Positions 30,462 through 39,387 of a stretch of 64,000 nt of DNA are shown piece after piece. Numbering within the stretch: the stretch's first letter is position 1; every line of letters begins with the position of its first letter. Source of the DNA: an uncultured Gemmataceae bacterium (GTDB taxonomy: Bacteria > Planctomycetota > Planctomycetia > Gemmatales > Gemmataceae). A model generated the notes under the pieces. The model saw only the letters and a program-made list of their open reading frames with translations, made no database searches and was not told where the DNA came from. Made by a program: the position numbers and the translations under genes. The DNA lies in the NCBI GenBank assembly GCA_963750165.1, contig CAVVPN010000011.1, positions 32,001-96,000 of the forward strand, given 5' to 3'.

Positions 30462-31769
30462 TCAGTTCCCCACCGGGACGACGCCCGGAGCCGGCGCTAC
30501 CTCGACGCGCAACTTGCCGGCCGCCTCGGTGATCGTCAGCGCGTATGCCTGGTTGTTGCCCCAGTTGACGACAGCGCCGCGCGGCAGCTGGGTGCCGCGC
30601 CACAGCACGTCGCCGTCCTTGCGCAGCTCCAGGTCGAGCGTGCGGCTCTTCGCCACCCAGCCGGCGCGGACCTTCGGCAGTTCCAGTTCAGTGACGCCGG
30701 GCACGTTCAGGGCCATCGACGACACCTGCGGCGCCTGCTTGCCCAGTGCTCCGCGCCACTCCTGCGTCAACACCAGCTGCGCACTCCACATCGGCAGCGG
30801 CGCGTTGCGGTTCAACAGGCCGCCCTGCTTGACCAGCTGGCCCGTGAGCGTGACCCTTTTTTTGTCCGCGCTGATCTCCAGATTCGGCGACTTCACCTCC
30901 GGCGGGAACGCCCCCAACTGCGCCTGTGTGAACATGAAGCCGTTCTCCGCCGCATACTCCTTCGAGAAGGAGAAGGTGGTGTCCTGCACGTCGGCCGGGA
31001 AAGCGACCACGATCGGCAGCACCTTCTGCACCGGCCGGACGCGCATGGCCTCGTAGGCGACCTGCACGGTGGCGGTGACCAGGCCCGCCGGCGCAGGCGC
31101 GACCGTCACCTGCTCCGAGCGCTCGACCGTCTGCTTGCCGTTGAAGGCCGCGAACCGGATGAAGTGAGTGCCGGGCTGCTTGAACGTGACCATGCGCTCC
31201 TGGGTGGTCGGGGCGTCCTCGGCGACCTCCAGCGGCTGATCGTCGCCGACGGACCAGACGCAGACGTTGGCGTTCTTGAACTTGACGGCAACGCGGTACG
31301 TGGCCGGCGCATAGGACACGGCCTGCACGGGGGTCACGGTGAATTCGTCGATGGCCGGGGTCGGCGCTTCGGAGTCGAGCGTCAGCGTGGCGCTGCGGTC
31401 GTTGGCTTCGCTGAGGAGGTTCTTCAGCGTCAGCTTGACGGTGTAGACGCCGGGTTTGGCGTAGGTGTGCGTGGCGTTCTGGTCGGGGACGAACGGCTCC
31501 AGGGCAGTGCCGTCGCCGAAGTCCCACCAGCCCTCGCGGCCGCCGCTGGAGCGGTTGTGGAAGACGACCTTGAGGCCGTCGGGGTCGGCCTGGAAGTTGG
31601 CCACGGGCGCGGCCGGCTTGATGATCTGATCGACCAGCGAGGTCGCGTACATCATCGCGGCGCCGGCGAGCAGACTGCCGACGCTCACCATCCCGGCTCT
31701 GAGCCAGCCGAACAGTTTGCCGCCGGCTCCCCGGGGCGCGGCTGGCGTCTCCGATTGGGCCTCTGCCAT
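30462..31769 (-). CDS. Membrane-anchored PKD-domain protein
   Basis: N-terminal TM segment; PVANF...WWDFGDG...HTYAKPGVYTVKLT; AGGAGG RBS. Confidence 0.85.
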   Translation of the reverse strand: MAEAQSETPAAPRGAGGKLFGWLRAGMVSVGSLLAGAAMMYATSLVDQIIKPAAPVANFQADPDGLKVVFHNRSSGGREGWWDFGDGTALEPFVPDQNATHTYAKPGVYTVKLTLKNLLSEANDRSATLTLDSEAPTPAIDEFTVTPVQAVSYAPATYRVAVKFKNANVCVWSVGDDQPLEVAEDAPTTQERMVTFKQPGTHFIRFAAFNGKQTVERSEQVTVAPAPAGLVTATVQVAYEAMRVRPVQKVLPIVVAFPADVQDTTFSFSKEYAAENGFMFTQAQLGAFPPEVKSPNLEISADKKRVTLTGQLVKQGGLLNRNAPLPMWSAQLVLTQEWRGALGKQAPQVSSMALNVPGVTELELPKVRAGWVAKSRTLDLELRKDGDVLWRGTQLPRGAVVNWGNNQAYALTITEAAGKLRVEVAPAPGVVPVGN

Positions 31770-31847
31770 GATGGATCCTCCTTGATCGATCCGGACAGCG
31801 GACGGTGGCAGCATACGCCGGCACGGGTCGCGGCGTCGAGAGCGGTT

Positions 31848-32969
31848 TTAGCCGGCATTTTCGGCCGCCAGCTGGGTGTGCGGTGCAGCCGCCGCCTCGT
31901 AGCCGTTCAAATGCTCGGTTGGGACGGCGGCCGCCGCCGGCAGCGCCGGCCGCAGCCGCAGGTAGACCAGGTAGCCGAGCAGGCCGGTGCCCCAGTCGAT
32001 GACGCGCTTGATCAGCGATGCCAGCACGCCGGCGCTGAAGGCGGCGCCGAACGCCCGATACAGTTCGCCGTACACCAGTTCGGCACCGCCGACGCCGCCG
32101 GGCGTCACGAACAGCGCCTGGGCGGTCATGCCGAACGGCACGAACAGGAAATGCATACCCAGCGCCGGCAGTTCGTCCGCCGGCGTCAGCGTCCGGGCGG
32201 CACAGTAGAACACCGCGATGAAGCCGAGGTGCGCCACCATCGACATGACCAGGGCCAGACCGACGGCCCGACCGCGGCGGCGGTACAGGTAGACCGCCCC
32301 CCAGCACTCCGCCAGCGCCGGCCCCACCCAGCGGCGCCGGCCCAGCCAGGCGGCCAGCCCCTGGGCCTGGGCGTCGCCCAGCCGGCCCAGCGCCAGCCAG
32401 AATAGCACCGAGCCGGCCACGACGCCCAGGGCCACGCCCGTGAGCCCCTGCAGCCAGGCGACCATGCCGGCACGCTCCGCCGCCGGCAGCGTTTCGGCCG
32501 GCAGCGTCTCCAGCACGCCGGTCGCCCAGAACGTCCCGCCCAGCAGCGCGACCACCCAGAGCAGGCCGCACAGGCCGATGACGCGGTCCAGAATCACGGT
32601 GGCGACGGCGGCCGTGCGGCGGTCCTGTTCGCGGGCGATGAACGTCGCCTTGATGATGTCGCCGCCGACCGAGCCGGGCAGGAAGGTGTTGAAGTAGTTG
32701 CCGATCATGCCCAGGCGCAGGGCGTTGGGCAGTGTGAAGGGCAGGCCCTGGGCGCGGACGAGCAGGAACCAGCGCACAAAGGTCACCAGCAGGCCGGCCG
32801 TGTACAGGGCGGCCCCGAGAAGCAAGGGGACGAAATGGATCGGCTGTTTCAGGGCGTCGGCCAACCCTTTGCGGCCGCCGCCGGGCCGCCAGTTGAACCA
32901 GACCACAACGGCCAGCAGACCGAAGCCGAGCACATATTTCAGAACGGGCAGCCACCAGGATTTTTTCAC
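31848..32969 (-). CDS. Lysylphosphatidylglycerol-synthase TM-domain (YbhN/UPF0104, flippase-like) protein
   Basis: RWFLL, FNTFLPGSVGGDIIK, DRVIGL and TPGGVGGAE; multiple TM helices. Start uncertain. Confidence 0.88.
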   Translation of the reverse strand: MKKSWWLPVLKYVLGFGLLAVVVWFNWRPGGGRKGLADALKQPIHFVPLLLGAALYTAGLLVTFVRWFLLVRAQGLPFTLPNALRLGMIGNYFNTFLPGSVGGDIIKATFIAREQDRRTAAVATVILDRVIGLCGLLWVVALLGGTFWATGVLETLPAETLPAAERAGMVAWLQGLTGVALGVVAGSVLFWLALGRLGDAQAQGLAAWLGRRRWVGPALAECWGAVYLYRRRGRAVGLALVMSMVAHLGFIAVFYCAARTLTPADELPALGMHFLFVPFGMTAQALFVTPGGVGGAELVYGELYRAFGAAFSAGVLASLIKRVIDWGTGLLGYLVYLRLRPALPAAAAVPTEHLNGYEAAAAPHTQLAAENAG

Positions 32970-33436
32970 GACGGTCCCCAGGACGGAAGCGGGCCGCACA
33001 GTCCCCTGGCGGCCGTTGACCAGCATCGTTCCCATTGTGCTTGCCCTGGCGATTGCTGTCCAGCGAGGTTTTTCCGCACGGCCGCCTGACGGGGCCGAAC
33101 AAGCATAGCCCGACGGCGGTCGCCGTGACTGGTATTCCAGGAGACAGCCCCTCTTGTGCCCAGCGGCCCAAACGACCGGCTCGCTACCCTGCTGGCCACG
33201 CACGTCCGCACCAGCCTTCCGGTTCGTGTCCCGAAGCCCCCTATCCCTTCGCGCGGGTTTCCCGTATGCTACAAACTACTGGGCCTCGTGAACCGGACCC
33301 TGGACGGATCGCATTTCCGCTATCTTTCCATTCCCCTTCCCCGTCCCACGCGGACACCCCAAGTAATACGCCGGGCGGCGCCAACCCGTTGTGGGCCACA
33401 GCACCCTCCCGGCTGCTTTCTCCAGGAGGCCCTTTC

Positions 33437-33775
33437 ATGGGCAAGAAGTTGTACGTGGGCAATCTGACCTACGGCGTCACCGACGGCGACCTGCAAACGA
33501 TGTTCGAGGCGCACGGCTCGGTGCAGTCCGCCCAGGTCATCATGGACCGCGACACCGGCCGCTCCAAGGGCTTCGGGTTCGTGGAAATGGGCTCCGACCA
33601 GGAAGCCCAGGCGGCCATCACCGCCCTCAACGGCAAGGAGGTGGACGGCCGCGCCCTGACCGTCAACGAAGCCCGGCCCCGGGAAGGCGGCGGTGGCGGT
33701 GGCGGTGGCGGCGGCCGCGGCGGCTACGGCGGCGGCCGCGGCGGCAGCGGTGGCGGCGGCGGTCGTCGATACTAA
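33437..33775 (+). CDS. RRM RNA-binding protein with Gly-rich tail
   Basis: RNP2 LYVGNL, RNP1 KGFGFVEM, VNEARPRE and GGGRGGYGG tail; AGGAGG RBS. Confidence 0.96.
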   Translation: MGKKLYVGNLTYGVTDGDLQTMFEAHGSVQSAQVIMDRDTGRSKGFGFVEMGSDQEAQAAITALNGKEVDGRALTVNEARPREGGGGGGGGGGRGGYGGGRGGSGGGGGRRY

Positions 33776-33790
33776 AATCCAGGACGAGGA

Positions 33791-33822
33791 CGCCCCCGCC
33801 TGTGCCGGCACGGGCGGGGGCG
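33791..33822 (+). terminator. GC-rich hairpin after the RRM gene
   Basis: CGCCCCCGCCTGTG-ccgg-CACGGGCGGGGGCG; weak U tract. Confidence 0.45.
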
Positions 33823-33906
33823 CGTCATTTCCAGTGCCGAGCACAACCGATTCGCGGAAAGCAGGCCCTGTTGCCGACGGGGCCAATGAAAGGAGGCCGC
33901 GACGAC

Positions 33907-35718
33907 ATGGTGAACCGTACCCTGCTCCGCAATTACGAGCCGACCGAGGACGACCTCCGGCAAGAACTGGACGCCGCCTTCGGCCACGAGGGCGACGACT
34001 GGCTGCCCGCGGAGCTGCAAACCTTCCGTGACAATCGCGTCGTCACCGGCCGCGTGCGCAAGGTTACCGCCGAGGCGGTCTGGGTGGACGTCGGCTACAA
34101 GAGCGAAGGCGCCGTCGAGCTGCGCGAGTGGTTCGATGAGGCCCTCGGTCGCGTGGTCCCGCCGCAGATCGGCGACGAGATCGAGGTGCTGCTCGAAGCG
34201 GTCGAGGACGACACCGGCACCGTCGTCCTGAGCTACCGCAAGGCGAAACGGCAGCGCGAGTGGGATGACGTGCTCGCCAAATACAAGGAGGGCGACGCCG
34301 TCTCCGGCCCCGTCACGCGCAAGGTCAAGGGCGGACTGCTGGTCAACATCGGCGTCAACGTCTTCCTGCCCGCCAGCCAGGTGGATGTCCGCCGCATTCC
34401 GGACCTGGGCGACCTGCTCGGCAAGACCGTCGAGTGCAAGATCATGATTATCGACCGGGACCGCCGCAACATCGTCGTCAGCCGCCGCAAGCTGATCGAG
34501 GACCAGCGTGCCATCCTCAAGCAGCAGGTGCTGGCCGAGATCGAGCCCGGCCAGATCCGCAAGGGTGTCGTCAAGAATATCGCCGCGTTCGGTGCCTTCG
34601 TGGACCTCGGCGGCATCGACGGCCTCTTGCACGTCACCGACATGAGCTGGGGCCGCGTCACCAGTCCCGAAGATGTGGTGCGCATCGACCAGGAGCTGGA
34701 GGTGTACGTCATCCGGGTGGACCGCGAGAAGGAGAAGGTCGCGCTCGGCCTGAAGCAGAAGACGCCGAGCCCGTGGGCCAACGCCGAGGGCAGATACCCG
34801 GTCGGCAGCCGGCACACCGGCGAGGTCGTCAACGTCATGAGCTACGGCGCCTTCGTCAAACTGGAGCCGGGTATCGAGGGCCTGGTGCATATCAGCGAGA
34901 TGAGCTGGACCAAACGCATCAACCACCCCAGCGAACTGGTCAACATCGGCGACAAGGTTGAGGTGCAGGTCCTGAACGTCAACAAGGAAAAGCAGGAAAT
35001 CTCGCTGGGCATCAAGCAGGCGCAGCCCAACCCCTGGGACGCGGTGGCCGAGAAGTACCCGCCGGGCACGAAAGTCACCGGCGTGGTCCGCAACCTCACG
35101 AATTACGGCGCCTTCATCGAGATCGAGGAGGGGGTGGACGGCATGCTGCATGTCGGCGACATGAGCTGGGTACGCAAGGTCGGCCATCCCTCCGAGGTCG
35201 TCAGCAAGGGCCAGCAGGTGACCTGCGTCGTGCTCAGCGTGGACCGGGAGCGCCGGCGAATGGCCCTGGGGCTGAAGCAGCTGGCGGGCGACCCGTGGGA
35301 GGGCGACATCCCCGAGCGCTACCATCCCGGCGATCTCAAAAAGGGCAAGGTCACCAAGCTCACCGGCTTCGGCGTCTTTGTCGAACTGGAGCCCGGCCTC
35401 GAAGGACTGCTGCACGTCAGCGAACTGGCCGACCACAAGGTCGAGAACCCCGAGGAACTTGTCAAGGTCGGCGACGAGCTGGAGGTCAAGATTCTGCGCG
35501 TCGATCCGGGCGACCGTAAGATCGGCCTGAGTCGCAAGCGCCTGACGCCGGGCGAGGACGGCGCCGAGGACAGCGCCGAGGAGGCAGCCACGACGCCGGC
35601 CGCCAAACCGCGCGAGCTGCGCGGCGGCACCGGCTCGACTACCGGCCGCGGCCTCATGCTGCCTGAGCGAAAGGAAGAAGCCCAGGCCGGTCCCGGGCCG
35701 GACGAGGGCGGGCGCTGA
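33907..35718 (+). CDS. rpsA: 30S ribosomal protein S1 (possibly a paralogous copy)
   Basis: Six S1 repeats (VDVGYKSEG, FLPASQVD, FGAFVDLGGIDGLLH, EGLVHISEMSW, DGMLHVGDMSW, EGLLHVSEL); AGGAGG RBS. Confidence 0.93.
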   Translation: MVNRTLLRNYEPTEDDLRQELDAAFGHEGDDWLPAELQTFRDNRVVTGRVRKVTAEAVWVDVGYKSEGAVELREWFDEALGRVVPPQIGDEIEVLLEAVEDDTGTVVLSYRKAKRQREWDDVLAKYKEGDAVSGPVTRKVKGGLLVNIGVNVFLPASQVDVRRIPDLGDLLGKTVECKIMIIDRDRRNIVVSRRKLIEDQRAILKQQVLAEIEPGQIRKGVVKNIAAFGAFVDLGGIDGLLHVTDMSWGRVTSPEDVVRIDQELEVYVIRVDREKEKVALGLKQKTPSPWANAEGRYPVGSRHTGEVVNVMSYGAFVKLEPGIEGLVHISEMSWTKRINHPSELVNIGDKVEVQVLNVNKEKQEISLGIKQAQPNPWDAVAEKYPPGTKVTGVVRNLTNYGAFIEIEEGVDGMLHVGDMSWVRKVGHPSEVVSKGQQVTCVVLSVDRERRRMALGLKQLAGDPWEGDIPERYHPGDLKKGKVTKLTGFGVFVELEPGLEGLLHVSELADHKVENPEELVKVGDELEVKILRVDPGDRKIGLSRKRLTPGEDGAEDSAEEAATTPAAKPRELRGGTGSTTGRGLMLPERKEEAQAGPGPDEGGR

Positions 35719-35771
35719 AGCCGACATCAAGGGGGAAGAGGCCAGAGTCCACCAGCCACCGGAGAACGCAA

Positions 35772-36165
35772 ATGCACGAAACCATGCAGGCACACTTCCG
35801 GACCCTGGAAGGGGCGGTACAGGCCACGGGGCTGCCGACCGACCGCAAGGAAACCATCGCCGGCGCCATCAAGCGGTTGGCGGAGTTGTACGCCAAACTG
35901 CGGCAGACGGACGAGAGCCGATACCTGGACGACATCACCCGCACGGTCCAGGCCGTGCTCGTGGACCTGTCGGCCTGCCCGGAGGCGCAGAAACTGGACG
36001 GCGCCTTCCGCGAGGGGCTGCGCCTGCTTCACGAGCAATTGGGCTTGCCCGCGTTGCGGCTGAAGCCGCCGAGCGCCCCGGCCCTCCCTCCGCGCAAGGT
36101 CGCGCGAGCCGCGCGGGAAATCGACCAGGGCGGCGAAGGGGCGTGCGGAAACGGGAGCGCCGTGA
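35772..36165 (+). CDS. Hypothetical protein (probable +1 frameshift near 36116)
   Basis: GGAG RBS; helical 115-aa body. Removing one G of GGG gives the basic tail KSTRAAKGRAETGAP* ending before the REP element. Confidence 0.6.
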
Positions 36166-36178
36166 AGGTTCGTGGTGA

Positions 36179-36240
36179 GTCGGAGCCCGAGCGCCAGCGC
36201 GGGGCAGCGTTGGCCCCGCGCTGGCGTTCGGGCTCCGACC
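36179..36240. repeat. REP-like palindromic element family B
   Basis: Near-identical to 26493-26555. Confidence 0.85.
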
Positions 36241-36252
36241 AGGAGGGCCGTC

Positions 36253-36447
36253 ATGGCAGAGACGAAGACCCTGGAGCAGCGGCAAAAGGAACTGCAAGCG
36301 CTGCTCGCCGACCCGGCGGGCCGGGAGGAGTTGCACAGGCTGGAGGCCCGCTACCAGGCGGCGGCCGGGCGACTGCGGGCCGCGAACACGTCGCTCATTA
36401 CTTATCTTCTGGTCCACGAGCGGGAGCGGGGGCTCATTGTCGGGTGA
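36253..36447 (+). CDS. Small hypothetical protein (64 aa)
   Basis: AGGAGG RBS; MAETKTLEQRQKELQALL...SLITYLLVHERERGLI. Confidence 0.75.
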   Translation: MAETKTLEQRQKELQALLADPAGREELHRLEARYQAAAGRLRAANTSLITYLLVHERERGLIVG

Positions 36448-36473
36448 CCCCCCTGCTGCAGAAAGGACATCCC

Positions 36474-36737
36474 ATGGCCGCGCCGCCGATCGAACGACTG
36501 AAAATGGAACTGGACGACGCCTGCACCTTCCTGAAGGCATTCACGCTTGGGAAGCGCGGTTTCACACAACGGGATGGTGCCGCCGGGGTGCGCCGCGTGA
36601 GCGAGGCGTCCGCCCGGCTGAAGGCGGGTCTTCCCACCGGGGCAGTGGGTCAGGAGATCACGGCAGTTCTGGCCGCGGCCCAGGGCTGCATCGAAGCCGC
36701 TCAGGCACGCCTGGCGCTGTTGAACGCGGCGTCGTGA
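36474..36737 (+). CDS. Small hypothetical protein (87 aa)
   Basis: AAAGGA RBS; MAAPPIERLKMELDDACTFLKAFTLG. Confidence 0.7.
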   Translation: MAAPPIERLKMELDDACTFLKAFTLGKRGFTQRDGAAGVRRVSEASARLKAGLPTGAVGQEITAVLAAAQGCIEAAQARLALLNAAS

Positions 36738-36772
36738 CCTGGGCATGTCCGGCTAGACTCAGAAGGCCCTGC

Positions 36773-36967
36773 TCATGGCGTCACTGCAAATACGTGGTTC
36801 ATCTGCGGAATTGGCTCGCCGTGGTCGAGCACCCGCAAGGAGAGCGCCTGCGCGCGGTCGATGGCTTCCTGGCGGGTTTGACCATAGCTCAAAACGCCCG
36901 GCAGCTCCGGTACTTCCGCAAGCCAGCGGCCATCCTCCTCTTGCTCGACTTCGACCGTCAGTGGCAT
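36773..36967 (-). CDS. hicB: HicB-family antitoxin (short form, orphan)
   Basis: EQEEDGRWLAEVPELPGVLSYGQTRQEAI; GGAGGAGG RBS. Confidence 0.85.
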   Translation of the reverse strand: MPLTVEVEQEEDGRWLAEVPELPGVLSYGQTRQEAIDRAQALSLRVLDHGEPIPQMNHVFAVTP

Positions 36968-37004
36968 AGGGCTCCTCCTCCGGTTATCGAAGGCTGGCAG
37001 CCCC

Positions 37005-37229
37005 CTAGCGCAAGTGTCGGGGCTTCGTGTCGCCCGCCGTGCCCCGCGCCAGCCGCTCGGCTTCGCCTTCGTTCGTGATGCCACTTTGGATGAGCGTGTG
37101 GTAGCCGGGACGAGCCTGCTCCATCTCTTCCCACTCGCCCTGCGAGCAGATCGCGTTCATCCCCTCGGGATGGTTGTTGAGGGTCATTTTGTAGACGACC
37201 CACGACACCGCCTTTTCTTCCGTCGCCAT
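37005..37229 (-). CDS. Small hypothetical protein (74 aa)
   Basis: GGAGG RBS; WVVYKMT...NAICSQGEWEEME...TLIQSGITNEGEAERLARG. Confidence 0.75.
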   Translation of the reverse strand: MATEEKAVSWVVYKMTLNNHPEGMNAICSQGEWEEMEQARPGYHTLIQSGITNEGEAERLARGTAGDTKPRHLR

Positions 37230-37340
37230 CGCGTCTGCCCTCCGGTTCCAGTGCCCAAAGGGTATCATATCAGAGCCGGATGGTGGGCACAAGGAACTGC
37301 GCAGTGTGCGGCACGGTTCTTGCGGTGTTTCGGTCAGGTA

Positions 37341-38291
37341 TCATTGCTGCTGCTGCTCCGCCCCCTCGTCGTCGCCGCGCCGCGCCGGCCGGGGGCTGAC
37401 GATCGCCGTCAGCGGCACGTTCAGCGGCGGCAGCTGTTCCTGCCACGACAGCGACGGCACACGCTCCATCTGGCGCGTCTCGACGCGGACGAAGATCGAC
37501 TCCTCGGCCCGGCCGCGGAAGACGCCCCGGTTGGGCGGCACATCGGTGAAGTCGCGGCCGGTGGCCACCTTGACGAAATACTCGTCGGCGGGACAGTCGT
37601 TGGTCGGGTCGATACCGACCCAGCCGGCGTCGGGCAGCAGGGCCTCGCACCAGGCGTGGCTCTGGGATTGCTTGTCGGGGCGGTGGATGTAGCCGCTGAC
37701 GTAGCGGGCGGGCACCCCGAGCGACCGCAGCACCGCGATCATCAGGTGCGTGAAGTCCTGGCAGACGCCCTTGCCGTGTTCCAGCACGTCATCAATCGGG
37801 GAACTCGCCAGGGTCACGTCCCGAGCGTACTCGAAGTGGTCGTGGATGTAGGTGCCGATCCGGGCGACCGCCTCCGCCAGCCGGGCGCCGCGGGCCGGGC
37901 GCAGCGTCTCGACCAGGCGGACCAGGCGCGGGCCTGGGCGGATTGGGCCGCGGAACTTCAAAAAGTCCAGCGCTTCCAGCCGCGCGTCGCCGAGGTCGCA
38001 CGGATAGGTCGCGACACTCGCGGCGGAACCGCACGGCTCCGGGGCCGTCTCGACGATGCTGGCCGCCAAGATACGCACCTGGCCGCGGATGGCGAGCAGG
38101 TTGAAGTGGTGGACGTGGTTGCCGAACCCGTCCTGGTAGCGGTACGCCTCGGCCGCAGGCGACACCGCCAGGTGGAACGAGTGGCAGCTCTGGCGGGCGT
38201 CGGAGGCCGGCTCCATGCGCACCTCGGACACCCACTCGGCCACCGCCTCGGTGTACTCGAACCGCGTCTCGTGCTGCACTTCGAGGATCAT
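37341..38291 (-). CDS. Transglutaminase-like protein with bacterial N-terminal domain
   Basis: HETRFEY, DGFGN, catalytic GVCQDFTH, ARYVSGY, SHAW, DPTN and GRDFTDV; ends in QQQQ. Confidence 0.95.
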   Translation of the reverse strand: MILEVQHETRFEYTEAVAEWVSEVRMEPASDARQSCHSFHLAVSPAAEAYRYQDGFGNHVHHFNLLAIRGQVRILAASIVETAPEPCGSAASVATYPCDLGDARLEALDFLKFRGPIRPGPRLVRLVETLRPARGARLAEAVARIGTYIHDHFEYARDVTLASSPIDDVLEHGKGVCQDFTHLMIAVLRSLGVPARYVSGYIHRPDKQSQSHAWCEALLPDAGWVGIDPTNDCPADEYFVKVATGRDFTDVPPNRGVFRGRAEESIFVRVETRQMERVPSLSWQEQLPPLNVPLTAIVSPRPARRGDDEGAEQQQQ

Positions 38292-38308
38292 TCGTTTCAA
38301 TCCAGGAA

Positions 38309-38347
38309 ATTCACCGCAGAGCGCGCTCCGCGTGCTCTGCGGTGAAT
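38309..38347. repeat. 14-bp inverted repeat (CACCGCAGAG type)
   Basis: ATTCACCGCAGAGC ... GCTCTGCGGTGAAT; resembles the 9-mer element at 24210. Confidence 0.65.
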
Positions 38348-38355
38348 ATTTATTA

Positions 38356-39315
38356 CTATCGGAGTGAATACGCCTCCTGCACCGCCCGGCCCACCTGGCC
38401 GCACTTCTCCTGCACTCCGCCCAGGAACAGGTGCAGACCTTCTTGCAAGACCTGCCCGACCTCCGCGTATTGCAGGTCGCTGAGGACCCGGCCCAGGATC
38501 CGGCCGACCTTGCTGACCTGCTGCGCCGCGGCCGCCCCCTCGATCGCCGTCAGCGCCCGCGCCGCCTCCTCCAGGCTGAACCGCACCGAGCGCGGGAATG
38601 TCGGATGCAGCAGCAGAAACTCGACGACGCGCTCCGGCTCCACCCGGCCGACGTACAGCCGCTGATACCCCTCATATGCGCTGCAGCTGCGCAGCACGGC
38701 GGCCCATTGCAGGTTGGACAGCGACAGGTCAGCCGGGTCGTCCAGGCCGCGGAGCAGGTGATACTGGATGTCCAGAATGCGGAGCGTCTTGTCGGCGCGC
38801 TCCAGGAACTTGCCGAGCTGGATGAACTGCCAGCCCTCATCGCGGGCCAGTGTGGCGTCGCACACCCCCTGGAACAGATGACTGCCGCACTCCACCGCCT
38901 GGTAGAACTCGTGCGGCGAGTCCTCCGCCCGGCGACAGAAGTCTGGGTCGCGAAGCTGCAAGTACAGCTTGTTCAGCTCGCGCCACATTCGCAGGTTGAT
39001 CGAGCCGCGGATGCTGCGGGCGTTGGCCCGGGCGCGCGTGACGCAGGACATGATGCTGGTCGGGTTGTCCAGGTCGAACGTCAGCCAGCGGCTGATGCGG
39101 GCGTGCCGGGCCACGTCCGCTCCACCTTCCAGGGGCGGCACGGTCTGTTGCAGGATGGCCGCCAGGGCGCTCCACTGGAACTCGTGCGGCCCGGCCAACA
39201 CGCCGCGCAGGTCCAGCTCCAGGTGGAAGCACACGTCCAGCAGCCGGGCCACGTGCTCGGCACGCTCCACGTAGCGGCTCATCCAGAACAGGGCGTCGGC
39301 GACACGACTCAGCAT
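38356..39315 (-). CDS. Alpha-E domain protein
   Basis: MLSRVADALFWMSRYVERAE, LGKFLERAD and FPRSV. Confidence 0.95.
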   Translation of the reverse strand: MLSRVADALFWMSRYVERAEHVARLLDVCFHLELDLRGVLAGPHEFQWSALAAILQQTVPPLEGGADVARHARISRWLTFDLDNPTSIMSCVTRARANARSIRGSINLRMWRELNKLYLQLRDPDFCRRAEDSPHEFYQAVECGSHLFQGVCDATLARDEGWQFIQLGKFLERADKTLRILDIQYHLLRGLDDPADLSLSNLQWAAVLRSCSAYEGYQRLYVGRVEPERVVEFLLLHPTFPRSVRFSLEEAARALTAIEGAAAAQQVSKVGRILGRVLSDLQYAEVGQVLQEGLHLFLGGVQEKCGQVGRAVQEAYSLR

Positions 39316-39386
39316 AGAAGTCAGAGGTCAGAGGTCAGAGGTCAGAGGTCAGATCTGTGTCTTGGCTTTCTGACTTCTGACCTCTG
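39316..39386. repeat. 7-mer tandem-inverted element (AGAGGTC x5 / TCTGACY x2)
   Basis: Fills the whole gap between the CP-ATP-grasp stop and the alpha-E start codon. Confidence 0.9.
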
Positions 39387-39387
39387 G

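Noticed and set aside
33687..33765. GGC/GGT repeat as a DNA repeat element (also CCG runs at 63595-63705)
   Set aside because: These simply encode Gly-rich and Pro-rich protein segments.
35772..36737. Single 321-aa protein
   Set aside because: It reads through a REP element and over a separate RBS-bearing ORF. Better explained as separate small genes plus a 1-nt error.
39316..39386. CRISPR array (also considered for 9538-9649 and 55960-56065)
   Set aside because: Units are 7-30 nt, tandem or inverted, with no unique spacers and no cas genes.
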